From: Octopus sinensis
Taxonomy: Eukaryota
Assembly: GCF_006345805.1 (NCBI RefSeq)
Contig: NC_043003.1
Location: 12,090,001 to 12,154,000 of the forward strand
Length of the DNA: 64,000 bases
Reading direction: 5' to 3'
Shown here piece by piece: positions 24,216 through 36,521 of the stretch (its first letter is position 1; each line of letters opens with the position of its first letter). The notes below the pieces were generated by a model. The model was given only the letters and a program-made list of their open reading frames with translations, was not told the DNA's origin and did no database searches. The translations under genes and the position numbers were made by a program.

Positions 24216-24286
<71 letters not shown>

Positions 24287-24334
24287 GTTAATAAAATAGA
24301 ACATATGCATATATATAAACATATATGTACGTAC

Positions 24335-24650
24335 CTACCTCTACATGTACATATACACGCATATATGTGTACAGGACACCAAAAAGACGTCGAACACATA
24401 GAGAGACGAAACACATAGACACAAACCAAGGAACAAGACAAGCAAAAAAAAAGAGGAAAGATACAGGACAATAAGCACAACGAAAAATCCCCTTCTTCAG
24501 TCGCTAAGATTTCATCTACTAAACGTTTCGAAGGATAAAAGCGAGACGTATACTTCGAAGAAAAATTCCTTCCCGCGAAAAGCAAATCAATTAAAATTCT
24601 GAGATCTTTTCGCAGAGGGGTAAAAAAAAGCAAGACGGTAACGACAGTAC
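24335..24650 (-). mobile_element. Probable PLE 3'-end/pLTR fragment between (TA)n tracts
   Basis: CpG-rich block in (TA)n containing CGAAACGTT and CTGAAGAAG motifs typical of pLTRs; family unresolved. Confidence 0.35.
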
Positions 24651-24709
24651 AAACATATATATATATATATATATATTGATAAAAATGGTAAGCATTTTTC
24701 CGATGGTCG

Positions 24710-24770
24710 GATAACTGAAGAGATGGCGGCGTGGATTTCCACCTCGGCATCCGAAACTCGGAGTTTTATC
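24710..24770 (+). ncRNA. Type I hammerhead ribozyme motif with a long stem II (partly decayed)
   Basis: GATAA-CTGAAGA-GATG...CATCC-GAA-ACTC G GAGT-T-TTATC: canonical core, stem I GATAA/TTATC, predicted cleavage after GUU at 24765. Confidence 0.6.
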
Positions 24771-24816
24771 ATGGCTACCGAATAATTGTCACATATTACA
24801 TTTACAGATATATATA

Positions 24817-25306
24817 CTAGCAGTATCGCCCGGCGTTGCTCGGGTTTGTAAGGGAAATAACTATATAAGCATTTTTAGAGAGTTACTTCCCTTATAAATT
24901 CGGGCTTTCTTAGCCATTTTTGTTTTGGTGTCTTCAAGCCATGAAGTCGTTGTTCTAAAAGAACGCTGGTTTCCTTCACAACGCATTACGACGTTGATTT
25001 CTTTACACTCCCTTCCCCACAGCTTCACGAGGGAGGGAAGGGGGAGAAGCAAACAGGTGCAGCTGTGAGCGTGGACGCCAACTCCGCCGCCATCGACACA
25101 CGATGCATTTTATGCATTAAAATGGAATAAAAAATTATGTTAAATTATTTTTAAAATCGTAGACTCATCGTTGACGCGCGCTAATAGTCAGACGGGCTCG
25201 ATATGAATCACGACTATAAGATACCCGAATTTGGTTAAACTGCACCGCAAAATGTGGGAGGAGTTAGGAATCTAAATCGAAGGGGACAGACACTCATACA
25301 ACTAGA

Positions 25307-25320
<14 letters not shown>
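24817..25320 (-). mobile_element. Non-autonomous Helitron
   Basis: 3' hairpin CCCGAGCAACGCCGGG followed by ...CTGCTAG|T; the 5' end runs into (TA)n. Confidence 0.75.
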
Positions 25321-25357
<37 letters not shown>

Positions 25358-25421
25358 ATTAGAAAACAAAAACACCGTTTATCAATTCAAAATGAACAAT
25401 TAAATTACACCATCTAGAAAT

Positions 25422-25580
25422 TTACATATAATAGAAAAATTAAAATTAAAATAACAATAAAATGTCAAAGATTAAGTAAATTGCAAAAAATAATACAAAC
25501 GTTTATTATTATTTTTTGCAATTTACTTAATCTTTGACATTTTATTGTTATTTTAACTTTAATTTTTCTATTATATGTAA
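25422..25580. repeat. Near-perfect 74-bp inverted repeat with an 11-nt spacer
   Basis: Arms 25422-25495 and 25507-25580 with one mismatch. Confidence 0.92.
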
Positions 25581-26638
25581 TTTATATAAAAAGAATATTC
25601 TCGTGAATGACATTGGGAGACGGGAATTGTGTTGAAGCTCATCGTGTGGACTGTGCACGTAATTTAATGGTGCAGCCATGTCACATTGTGTGTCATTATT
25701 TTGACAGAGATTTACGTTAAGAATGTCTGTGGGCTTTTCAGTTATCAATGAGAAGGTCGAACGAACGAATAGTTATTGAAACCAACGGAAATCTATTATT
25801 TACATTCATCATCCCAAATATATTTGTATATACTTCCCACCGTGTGGTATATAAATGTGAACCTTGGTAACTGAGTAACTTTATAGCAGACGACAGTGAA
25901 AAACGTTACTTTATAGCAGACGACAATTAAAACTTTTATTTTTTTTTACTTGTTTCAGTCATTAGACTGCGGCCTTGCTGGGGGGGTTCTTTTGTCGAAT
26001 GAATCGACCCCACTAGATTTTTCTTTTCTTTTTTAAGGCTGGTTCTTATTCTATCGCCTCTTTTGCCGAACCGCTACGTTACGGGGTCATAAACACACCA
26101 ACATCAATTGGGCACATACACACACACATACGTATCCACTCACAAACTTTGGTAAGCCTGGGGGCATAGTAGAAGACACCTGCCCAATGTTCCACGCAGT
26201 GGGACTGAACCATGTGGTTAGGAAGCAAACTTCTTATCACAATCACACCTACGCCTATATAAAAGTGAAATGCTCACAGCATCTAGGTTTCCCAAGCGGT
26301 TACCCTAAGTACTAACTAGGTTCGACGTTGCCTAACTTCGGTGATCGGTCGAGATACATCCAACGTGGTATGGCCGTATAATTTAATTGAAGTTATGTTT
26401 TTATCTTCTTCCTCTAAAAATATATTGTAATTAATTATCTGAAAAAAAAAAAATCTTAAAAATTCGATATAATTTAACGAAGTAATTTTAGTTTGGTCAT
26501 CATCTTCCCGCCACAGAAAGCAAAAGCGCCACAACAGTGTCATAACTTAAAACAAGTTGTGTGTTCGCATTTATTATGTAGACATTTATTTCAGTGCTAT
26601 TGTCTTCCATTACATTAATTTTTATGTAATTCTATAAG

Positions 26639-26783
26639 AAAAAATAAAGAAAGAATTACAAAAATACAAAACGAAGCAAGATATCATTATCGTCTGCTCA
26701 AAACAAGCGGAAACCATTTCACTTCAGCTGCTGAGTCTCTTCGACAAAGATTTCAAGAAATGCGACAAATTTTTGGAATTCGG
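26639..26783 (+). CDS. Candidate exon of an unidentified + strand gene (coding or 5' exon)
   Basis: Strong donor CGG|GTAAGT at 26783/26784, possible acceptor CTATAAG|, open frame KNKERITKIQNEARYHYRLLKTSGNHFTSAAESLRQRFQEMRQIFGIR; unique CpG-retaining sequence. No family recognised. Confidence 0.4.
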
Positions 26784-27227
26784 GTAAGTTAACATGATCT
26801 TTTTATTAGTAATTCACTGTAAATTTTCGTTTTAGTATATTTTATTTTATTTTATTATCAAGATTAGTGTTTGAATTAGCAATTTGATACAGATTTTTTC
26901 ACGATCGACTTCTCGTCTTACGTTTGGCTTCAATTGTTGAAACATACATGAACATTATATTGTTTTGTTGCATTTCGCTGATACAGACATGAATGAAAGA
27001 AACTTGGTTATTATTTTAGAGAAAGTCAAGAGATATGTAGAGACAATCATGCTTTTCCTGTTGCATTTGCAAAGAAAGATTGAAATTCACCAAGAAAATT
27101 TGATCGCTTTTTCTTTTTTCGCCATCACAAAATATTCATATTAAAACACCATTTTTGTGTACGTTGGATATATTTAAATTTGAACAAATAAATGTTATGT
27201 ACCAATTATTTTAATGTGTAATAACAG

Positions 27228-27294
27228 CAATAATTGTCACCCTCTATGTTGGTCAAGCCATTGCATTAACAAACAAAAAAAATGACGAAGACAG
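27228..27294 (+). CDS. Candidate exon with AAAATG start (MTKT, phase-1 donor)
   Basis: TAACAG| acceptor, ATG at 27282, strong donor CAG|GTATGT. Confidence 0.3.
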
Positions 27295-27794
27295 GTATGT
27301 ATATATCCTTATATATACAAGAGTGTATATGTAGTTCATTGAATCATCTATGATATATTATCAGGAGTTATTGTACTGAAATCCAAAGAATTAAATGCAG
27401 TTTTGATCCCGGCAGGGTTTAATTATATAAAGATGAAATATTACATAACAATGTCTGATTGATATTGGAGTTGTCCGAGGTAAGCTTATTGTTTCATTAG
27501 AAAAAATTCAAATCCTTTATTTATTTCGGCAAAGTATCACTGAAAAGTAAATTTGCAGTAAATTCCATGTGATAAAAAATACATTAAGAGATAAAATTTG
27601 AAGATAAATATAATTTATTTTCTGTGTTCGTGGATGCTAAAATTGGCGGCAAATACATTAGGGCCCCACTGGGATGGACGTGACTTAGGACGTATTTATC
27701 ACCAGGAAAGGAGCAAGAGAGGTTGTTTTTGATGTTTTTGTGAGATTCAGCTATGACTTTTATATGAATTTCTGAGACGATGATTTTCGATAAA

Positions 27795-28763
27795 TCTCTC
27801 TATATATAAAGCTGAAGTTGTCTGTATATGGCAGGTTTGCGGCGCAAGTTGACCAAAATTGAGAGTATGATAGAAGAAGGCTTGCGGATCTTTTCGGTTG
27901 GAACAGCAGTTTTTAAAAATAATTTCTATGTAACTAAACACTTTTAAACTTCGTATACTGGTAGAATGTGTTTATAAAACATCTTTTACTCTTGGTTTTC
28001 TTGAGAAAATTCTGTAGTTTGTAAGATATTTTCTTCAATTTTGGTAATTTCAACCAATCAATGACGTCTATTGAGGTGAAACATTATCTGCCGTAAAATT
28101 TTCTGGCGGCGAAATATGAAAATGTCCCTCGTTTAAGAAACAGATTAGATTTATTTACATTTCTGAAGAAAAAAAGATACCCTTCTCCCCACCCCTAACC
28201 CTAACCCAACCACTAACCCTAAAATAGATTGAAATGCAATAGATCGATACTAGGGTCATAATTATGGGTGGACACTAAAGAGGGAACGGTTTTGTTATCC
28301 AGCTCTGTTTACGAGTGACCCCTCAGTTTATGGCCACAGGGTATCTTTTTTCTCATAAAAAACAGGGACATTTTCATATGACGCCGCCATAAAATGTTAC
28401 GGTAGAAATCACTTTCACCTCAATAGACGTCATTGATTGGTTGAAATTGCCGAAATGCAAGAAATTAAAGACCAAATATCTTACAAACTATAGAATTTTC
28501 TCAGGAAATGCAAGAGAAAAGTTTAAAATTTTTTAGTTACATAGAAATTATTTTAAAAAACTGCCGTTCAAACCGAAAAGATCCAAATCCTTATTTTTGG
28601 CGATTTTTTTGACTGCTGTGTTGCCATTTTTAGGTGTATTTCAACCAGGAAAATGTTCACTTAAAGAGAATAATAAGCTACATAATGCAAAATTTTTACT
28701 TTTCAAAAATTCCAATTGTAAAGGGTTGAAACAAACCCGAGCAACGCCGGGTGATACTGCTAG
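27795..28763 (+). mobile_element. Non-autonomous Helitron containing a MITE
   Basis: A|TCTCTCTATATATAAAGCTG ... CCCGAGCAACGCCGGG..CTAG|T; same family as 32958-33350. Confidence 0.8.
27886..28584. mobile_element. MITE A (TIR GGATCTTTTCGGTTTGAACGGCAG-like) with internal (AACCCT)-like units
   Basis: Terminal inverted repeats at both ends plus nested internal inverted segments. Confidence 0.75.
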
Positions 28764-30608
28764 TAATAAATAAGGCGATGGTTTGGTAGAATCACCACAA
28801 CATTGAATAAAATGTTTTGTGGTATTTATTTCAGTCTCCTTAATGTTCAAATCCCACCAAAATCAATTTTGCCTTTCATCTTTTCTGGAATCGATAAGAT
28901 AAAAGTACCAGTCAAGTATAAATATCGATATATAATCGACTTAGCTATTTTTATGATTCTTTTTTTTTTCTAATCTTGTATTTAGGTTAGAACTTCGGAC
29001 TTGTGTTCACATCTTGGTTGTTATTGCAGCAATATTTTGGCTGTCATACCTTGTCTTTTTCCAGGTGTCTGTCCTATTTGGTAACGTTCTTGCAATCGAA
29101 CCTTTTATTAAATCCATGCAGGTAGATTGTTCTCATGTTATTGTTGTACTAGGAATGATAACAATTTACCCCCATGCATTATATAAAGAGTCTTGGGATC
29201 TTTTCGGTTTGAATGGCAGTTTTTAACATAATTTCTAGGAAAACAAAAAAATTTTAAACTTCGTATACTGGTAGAATGTGTTTATAAAACATCTTTTACT
29301 CTTGGTTTTCTTGAGAAAATTCTGTAGTTTGTAAGATATTTTCTTCAATTTTGGTAATTTCAACCAATCAATGACGTCTATTGAGGTGAAACATTATCTG
29401 CCGTAAAATTTTCTGGCGGCGAAATATGAAAATGTCCCTCGTTTAAGAAACAGATTAGATTTATTTACATTTCTGAAGAAAAAAAAGATACCCTTCTCCC
29501 CACCCCTAACCCTAACCCAACCCCTAACCCTAAAATAGATTGAAATGCAATAGATCGATACTAGGGTCATAATTATGGGTGGACACTAAAGAGGGAACGG
29601 TTTTGTTATCCAGCTCTGTTTACGAGTGACCCCTCAGTTTATGGCCACAGGGTATCTTTTTTCTCATAAAAAACAGGGACATTTTCATATGACGCCGCCA
29701 TAAAATGTTACGGTAGAAATCACTTTCACCTCAATAGACGTCATTGATTGGTTGAAATTGCCGAAATGCAAGAAATTAAAGACCAAATATCTTACAAACT
29801 ATAGAATTTTCTCAGGAAATGCAAGAGAAAAGTTTAAAATTTTTTAGTTACATAGAAATTATTTTAAAAAACTGCCGTTCAAACCGAAAAGATCCAAATC
29901 CTTATTTTTGGCGATTTTTTTGACTGCTGTGTTGCCATTTTTAGGTGTATTTCAACCAGGAAAATGTTCACTTAAAGAGAATAATAAGCTACATAATGCA
30001 AAATTTTTACTTTTCAAAAATTCCAATTGTAAAGGGTTGAAACAAACCCGAGCAACGCCGGGTGATACTGCTAGTAATAAATAAGGCGATGGTTTGGTAG
30101 AATCACCACAACATTGAATAAAATGTTTTGTGGTATTTATTTCAGTCTCCTTAATGTTCAAATCCCACCAAAATCAATTTTGCCTTTCATCTTTTCTGGA
30201 ATCGATAAGATAAAAGTACCAGTCAAGTATAAATATCGATATATAATCGACTTAGCTATTTTTATGATTCTTTTTTTTTTCTAATCTTGTATTTAGGTTA
30301 GAACTTCGGACTTGTGTTCACATCTTGGTTGTTATTGCAGCAATATTTTGGCTGTCATACCTTGTCTTTTTCCAGGTGTCTGTCCTATTTGGTAACGTTC
30401 TTGCAATCGAACCTTTTATTAAATCCATGCAGGTAGATTGTTCTCGTGTTATTGTTGTACTAGGAATGATAACAATTTACCCCCATGCATTATATAAAGA
30501 GTCTTGGGATCTTTTCGGTTTGAATGGCAGTTTTTAACATAATTTCTAGGAAAACAAAAAAATTTTAAACTTCGTATACTGGTAGAATGTGTTTATAAAA
30601 CATCTTTT
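27942..30608. repeat. 1.31-kb tandem duplication, about 99.8% identical
   Basis: TTTTAAACTTCGTATACTGG at 27942, 29252 and 30563; I could see only three differences between the copies (A7/A8, one A/C, one A/G). Confidence 0.93.
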
Positions 30609-30917
30609 TCTCTTGGCTTTATTGAGAAAATTCTATAGTTTGTAAGATATTAGTTGTTTTTTTTCTTCAATTTCTGCAATTTCAACCAGTCACTGACATC
30701 TATTGAGGTAAAAAACATTCTGTGCCGTACGAATATGTCCCTGTTTTAAGAAACAGATTGGGTTTATTTACATTTGTGAAGAAAAAAGATACCCTTCCCC
30801 CCACCCCTAACCCTAAAAGAGATTGAAATGCAATAGATTGATACTAGGGTCATAATTACAGGTGACAATTTCATATGACACCGCTAGAAATGTCTGCCGT
30901 TCAAACTGAAAAGATCC
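30507..30917. mobile_element. MITE B, a diverged relative of MITE A
   Basis: GGATCTTTTCGGTTTGAATGGCAG ... CTGCCGTTCAAACTGAAAAGATCC. Confidence 0.75.
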
Positions 30918-32957
30918 GATGTTGTGTGTGTGTGTGTGTGTGTATGGTGACCAGTAAAAAAGTCGCAATTAATTTATGGTGGCCGGTAATAAAGTTACAG
31001 GAAAAAGAGTCACAATTATTTTATGGGATCCAGACAAAACCCCACTAGGACGAAACCCCCTCGAACAAAACCCCTGTGATTTTTTTTTCCTGTGACTTCT
31101 TTTACCTGGATTTGTGTGTACACTTTAATTACACAAGCCTCATCCAGGTTTGTACAATGTATCAAAAAGCTGCCTGTGTTACAAACATTGGAAGATTAGC
31201 AAAGTTGACCAAGATTTATATAATTTTTGAGAAAAATAATAAAACATTTTTTTCTTTTTCTTCCTATCTTGCAAGTTACTTGGCGCCCTCATTAGTACCA
31301 GTGTCTTTTTTAAAAAAAAAAAAAAAAGCACCCAGTACACACTGTAAAGTGGTTGGTGTTAGGAAGGGCATCCAGCCTTAGAAACCATACTAAAACTGAC
31401 ATTAGAGCTTGGTGCAGTCCTGCAGCTTGCTGGATCCTATCAAACCATCCGAGTCATGTCGGCTTTTAACATCTGGAAAAGGGATATTAAATGATCATCA
31501 TGATGATTTATAAATGACACAATCATCATTTAACGTCAGATTTCCATGCTGGCATGGGTTGGACAGTTCAACAGGACTGGCAAACCAGAAGACTGTGTCA
31601 GGCCCTAATATCTGTTTTAGTATGGTTTCATATGGTTGGATGCCCTTCCTAATGCCAACCATTTTGCAGTGTGTGCTGGTGGCTTTTTACGTGGCACCAA
31701 CACTAATGAAGTCACCAAATAACTTTCAAGGCAAGATCTCTCAAGTGAATGAGGAGGAGTAACATTGAGGGTGGTGGCTTTATGAGAGGTTAAAGTATGA
31801 TAGAGAGACGGGTACATGTCTTGCTGTAGGGTAGATACATGGAAAAAAGTTGGAAAAAAGAAATTGTGGTGGTACATATAACATTGCCCTTTTCAAGTCT
31901 AGCCAAGCTCATGGGCCCAGTTTCCCAGTTTCTATAGCGTATGTGTTCCCCTGCTGGACGGGACGCCAGTCCATCACAGCGTTACTCATTTTTGCCAGCT
32001 GAGTGGACTGGAGCAACGCGAAATGAAGTGTTTTGCTCAAGAACACAATGTGTCGCCCGGTCCGGGAATCGAAACCACAATCTTACGATCATGATGCTGA
32101 CACCTTAACCACTAAGCCACACGCCTCCACGGTGGTACATATATTATACTGTAATTACTGTTTATCTTTAGATCTTTTTACTTGTCTCAGTCATTAAATT
32201 TTGACCATGGTAAGGCACCGCCTTGGGGAATTTTAGTTGACTGAATCGACCCCAAATAAATCAGAGTTAAATTATTTTATAATAGGGCATTTTTATTGGG
32301 AAGATAAACATTATTTGGAGGAAGTATGAGATTAAATTTCTTCAGCAAAGGAGATATAAATAATTATTAATAAATGATTTGACTCATATTTCTCTCAAGA
32401 GTAATATTTTAGAATTAATAAGATGTGGAGATTGCTGCTGGTTTTCTGAATAAAAACAACAAATTTATCTCTGCTTGAATGAAATCTCAACTTGAATAAC
32501 ATGTTTTTGTTTCAGGACAAAATGTAATACATAACTGCTTAAATTCATGCTCAGACCTAAATTATCTCTGATATCTTTGCTCTCTGTTTATGAAGCATAC
32601 AACGTATATAAACAGACTCTAATATATTCTCATATGTTCACAACGTTTTAATTGCGGCCGAATTTACTCATCTTTGTGATTTTTGTTTTCATACAACACT
32701 TGACTGCCAAAACCTGACTTTAATTTAGCTTATACCTCTGAAGTTCAGTTATTTAAAACCTATCTATCCATAGCGGAAGTATTTACTTTAAGTTCATTAA
32801 ATCTGGGTATATGACTAAATGTTGAGCCACTCTTTGTCCAAAAATAGCTTTATTTTCTTATACCTGGGTAAACACATGCTTTGTTAAATCTTATGTACAA
32901 ACACGAAATGCATGACTTACTTTTCTTCTTCATTCACGTACTTAACCTTTTCATTAA

Positions 32958-33350
32958 CTAGCAGTATTGCCCGGCGTTGCTCAGGTTCGTTTCAACCCTT
33001 TAGAATTGGAATTTTTGAAAAGTAAAAATTTTGCATTATGTAGCTTGTTATTCTCTTTAAGTGAACATTTTTCTGGTTGAAATACACCTAAAAATGGCAA
33101 CACAGAAGTCAAAAAATCATAAAAAAACAGGGATTTTCATAAAAAAAAAAGCACCTTTTTGATGTAAATAATTTTTGGTATTAACATGGTCCGATTTGAA
33201 TTTTTCTTCTATGGAAGGAAGAGCAAGTCTTCTTCTATCATACTCTCAATTTTGGTCAACCTATGCTGCAGGGTCTCAGAGGAGATAGTGTTAGTTGAAG
33301 GCTACCAAACCTGCCATACACAGACAACTTCAGCTTTATATATAGAGAGA
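32958..33350 (-). mobile_element. Non-autonomous Helitron without the MITE insert
   Basis: Same 5' TCTCTCTATATATAAAGCTG and 3' hairpin-CTAG ends as 27795; A|T target. Confidence 0.8.
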
Positions 33351-34685
33351 TTTCATTCATTTACATCATTTACCTTCTCTTACTCTTCTGCACTACATTC
33401 ATTCATTCTCTTTCACACCATGCTCACTTATTTTCTTTCTCAATCCTTCTCTTGATCATTCTCTTTCATACTAAACTCATTTATTTTACCCCTTACTCAT
33501 TCTCTTCACATTGTGCACCCTCATTTTCTTGTTCACCATAATCATTCCATTCACTTACACTCATCATACTCACTCTTACTCACCTTATTCACTCATTCTC
33601 TGGCTCACAAAGCTCAGTCATTCCATGTTCATTTGTTCTCTCGCTGCTTCATGGTGCCTTGCTTATTTTCCCCTTCAGTCTCAGACTAGCAAGCTAGCTT
33701 GCTATGCTGCACTGGGGAAACATTTCTGGAATTGATTTGCTTCTGGCTGATCTGAAAATGGCCAATGTAGAGCCACCTAGAAAAAGTAGCAACACATAGA
33801 TCTATGCATGTGGTTTGTCAAATGTAACTCTTGGATTTTTGGTAGAGTTAAATGTCACCTTTCTTAATTCTTTACTGCCCACAAGTTGCTACACACAGAG
33901 GGGACAAACAAGGACAGACAAACGAATTAAATCGATTATATCGACCCCAATGTGTAACTGGTACCTTTTAAATCGACCCCGAAAGGATGAAAGGCAAGTC
34001 GACCTCGGCAGAATTTGAACTCAGAATGTAACGGCAGACGAAATACCGCTGAGCATTTTGCCTGGCATGCTAACATTTCTGCCAGCTCGCTGCCTTTCTG
34101 TCACCTTTCTGTAAGGAAATTAACAATCCCAGTGCTGCATCATGTATTGTATAGTTATTTATACCTTGTACATTTGAAGCAGTCCAATGCATAGAAATAA
34201 ATAAATAACATACACTAGCTGATGTGATAGAAGTAATGTAATCCAGGATAAGCAATAAAGGAAATAAAACATTATATATTTGTTAAAGTTTTTATTGAGC
34301 TGAGCTGCACAGTAGGAGCATGATGGGCCCATAACCCAGAAGTCTGTAGATTAAAACTTCACTCTGCAAAGAAAAGGATACTATTTTTGGTGTTTATACA
34401 AAGTAACTGAGCTGTCTACCAACCAGCTCTGTCTGGCACCTGTGCAGGTGGCACGTAAAAAGCACCCACTACACTCACAGAGTGGTTGGCGTTAGGAAGG
34501 GCATCTAGCCATAGAAACACTGCCAGATCAGACTGGGCCTGATGCAGCCTTCTGGCTTCACAGACCCCAGTTGAACTGTCCAACCCATGCTGGCATGGAA
34601 AGCGGACGCTAAACGATGATGATGATGATGATGATATACTTACTGGGGTAGGTACAAATTATATTATGCAATAGAAATTTACTAT

Positions 34686-35080
34686 AGGCGTAGGAGTGGC
34701 TGTGTAGTAAGTAGCTTGCTTACCAACCACATGGTTCCGGGTTCAGTCCCATTGTGTGACACCTTTGGAAAGTATCTTCTACTATAGCCTTGGGCTGACC
34801 AAAGCCTTGTGAGTGGATTTGGTAGACGGAAACTGAAAGAAGCCCATCGTATATATGTACGTGTGTGTATATGTTTGTGTGTCTGTGTTTGTCCCCCCAA
34901 CATCACTTAACAACCGATGCTGGTGTGTTTACCTCCCCATAACTTAGCGGTTCGGCAAAAGAGACCGCTAGAATAAGTACTAGGCTTACAAAGAATAAGT
35001 CCTAGGGTCGATTTGCTCGACTAAAGGCGGTGCTCCAGCATGGCCACAGTCAAATGACTGAAACAAGTAAAAGAGTAAAA
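34686..35080 (+). mobile_element. Composite SINE with CpG decay
   Basis: Matches the 9132 copy with CG>TG/CA changes. Confidence 0.85.
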
Positions 35081-35939
35081 GGCCAAAGAGTCACTAACTG
35101 ACTGGGTACACCAAAGCTCAAACAGTGTACCAGGCAGAGATGACAACAGGACTTTTCACTTAGTATATAGAATTACTATACTATTCTCACTTGCTCTCAT
35201 TTGTATGAGCATTTACTCATTTACTCATCTTAATCACTTGACCAGTAAAACTTATTTCAGTCTCTCAGGCAAGTGCATTCTGTAAACTACTGTTTTCCTG
35301 GTGCAATGTTTGTCAGTACATGCATTCACTATCTTCATTTTATAAATTGTTATGTAAGTTCAGGTGAGGCTGTGTGGTAAGAAGCTTGTTTCCTAACCAT
35401 GTGATTTTGGGTTCAATTCCACTTTGTGGCACTTTGAGCGAGTGTTTCCTACAATAGCCATGGAATGACCATACCCTTGTGAATGAACTTAGTAGATGGA
35501 AACTGAAAGGTGGTGAGCTGGCAGAAACGTTAGCACGCTGGGCAAAGTGCTGGTATTTCGTCTGTCTTTATGTTCTGAGTTCAAATTCCGCCAAGGTCGA
35601 CTTTGCCTTTCATCCTTTCGGGGTTGATTAAATAAGTACCAGTTACACACTGGGGTCGATACAATTGACTTAATCCATTTGTCTGTCCTTGTTTGTCCTG
35701 TTTGTGTTTAGCGCCTAGTGGGTAGTAAAGAAATAGGTATTTCATCTGTCTTTACATTCTGAGTTCAAATTCCGCCAAGGTCAACTTTGATACCCTCCCA
35801 TACAGACTCAGTCATGTCCATTCTGTTTTCCCTTTATTTACTCTCCCCGTTCTCACTCTCTCTTATTCCCTTTAAAATATCTTTTACTTGTTTCAATTAT
35901 TAGATTGCGGCCATGCTGGGGCATCACTTACTTGTACTT

Positions 35940-36330
35940 GTGACGATGTTCACCCAGGGCGGGTTGAGCCGGCTTCTCCTCTGGTCCTAACGGCATCAGT
36001 AGTAGGATTCATAGAAGAAGTTTCATGGGAATATTGAATTCAGAAGCGGTCCCCAACATCCCACATGCATATCCCGAGTGACAGGACACCCTGTTTGCTG
36101 TGGAGTTTCCACAAATGCAGGGAGAGAACGACCTCAAAGCCACCGGTTGCCGATCAGACGCCTCTTGAAATTTTCACCAGAGTCCCAATGGCCAGGTTGC
36201 GGCCCTAATACCACTGGTGCCAGACCAATCTGCCTTGGGTGGCCCTACCAGGAACTGAAGTTCCCAATGGCATAGCTCTGACACTGCTTGTTCACACCAC
36301 CCTACCGCTTTGAGGATGGGTTGGACTTTA
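35940..36330 (-). mobile_element. GC-richer island, possibly a LINE 5' region remnant
   Basis: CpG-retaining unique block within CpG-poor surroundings; no intact ORF; assignment is inference. Confidence 0.25.
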
Positions 36331-36521
36331 GGGCACCACCTTCAAGAACTTTTAGTCAAATGAATTGACCCCAGTACTTCTTTTTTAAGCCTGATACTTA
36401 TTCTATTGGTCTCTTTTGCCAAACTGCTAAGTTACAAAGACATAAACACACCAACACTGGTTCACAAGTGGTGGTGGGTTACGCAGACACAGATATATAT
36501 ACGACAGGCTTCTTTCAGTTT

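Noticed and set aside
24485-24580. Permuted hammerhead on the minus strand (CGAAACGTT ... CTGAAGAAG)
   Set aside because: The stems could not be assembled consistently.
24100-24750. 216-aa ORF, the longest in the window
   Set aside because: Spans (TA)n and (CATA)n tracts and unrelated repeat fragments.
25874-25925. Short direct repeat TACTTTATAGCAGACGACA
   Set aside because: A simple local duplication with no further structure.
28641-30537. Duplicated ORF pairs (69 aa and 70 aa) as paralogous genes
   Set aside because: They are by-products of the 1.31-kb duplication and overlap Helitron and decayed LINE sequence.
32517-32610. Exon after the strong acceptor TTTGTTTCAG
   Set aside because: Stops occur in all three frames and there is no good donor; at most a non-coding exon.
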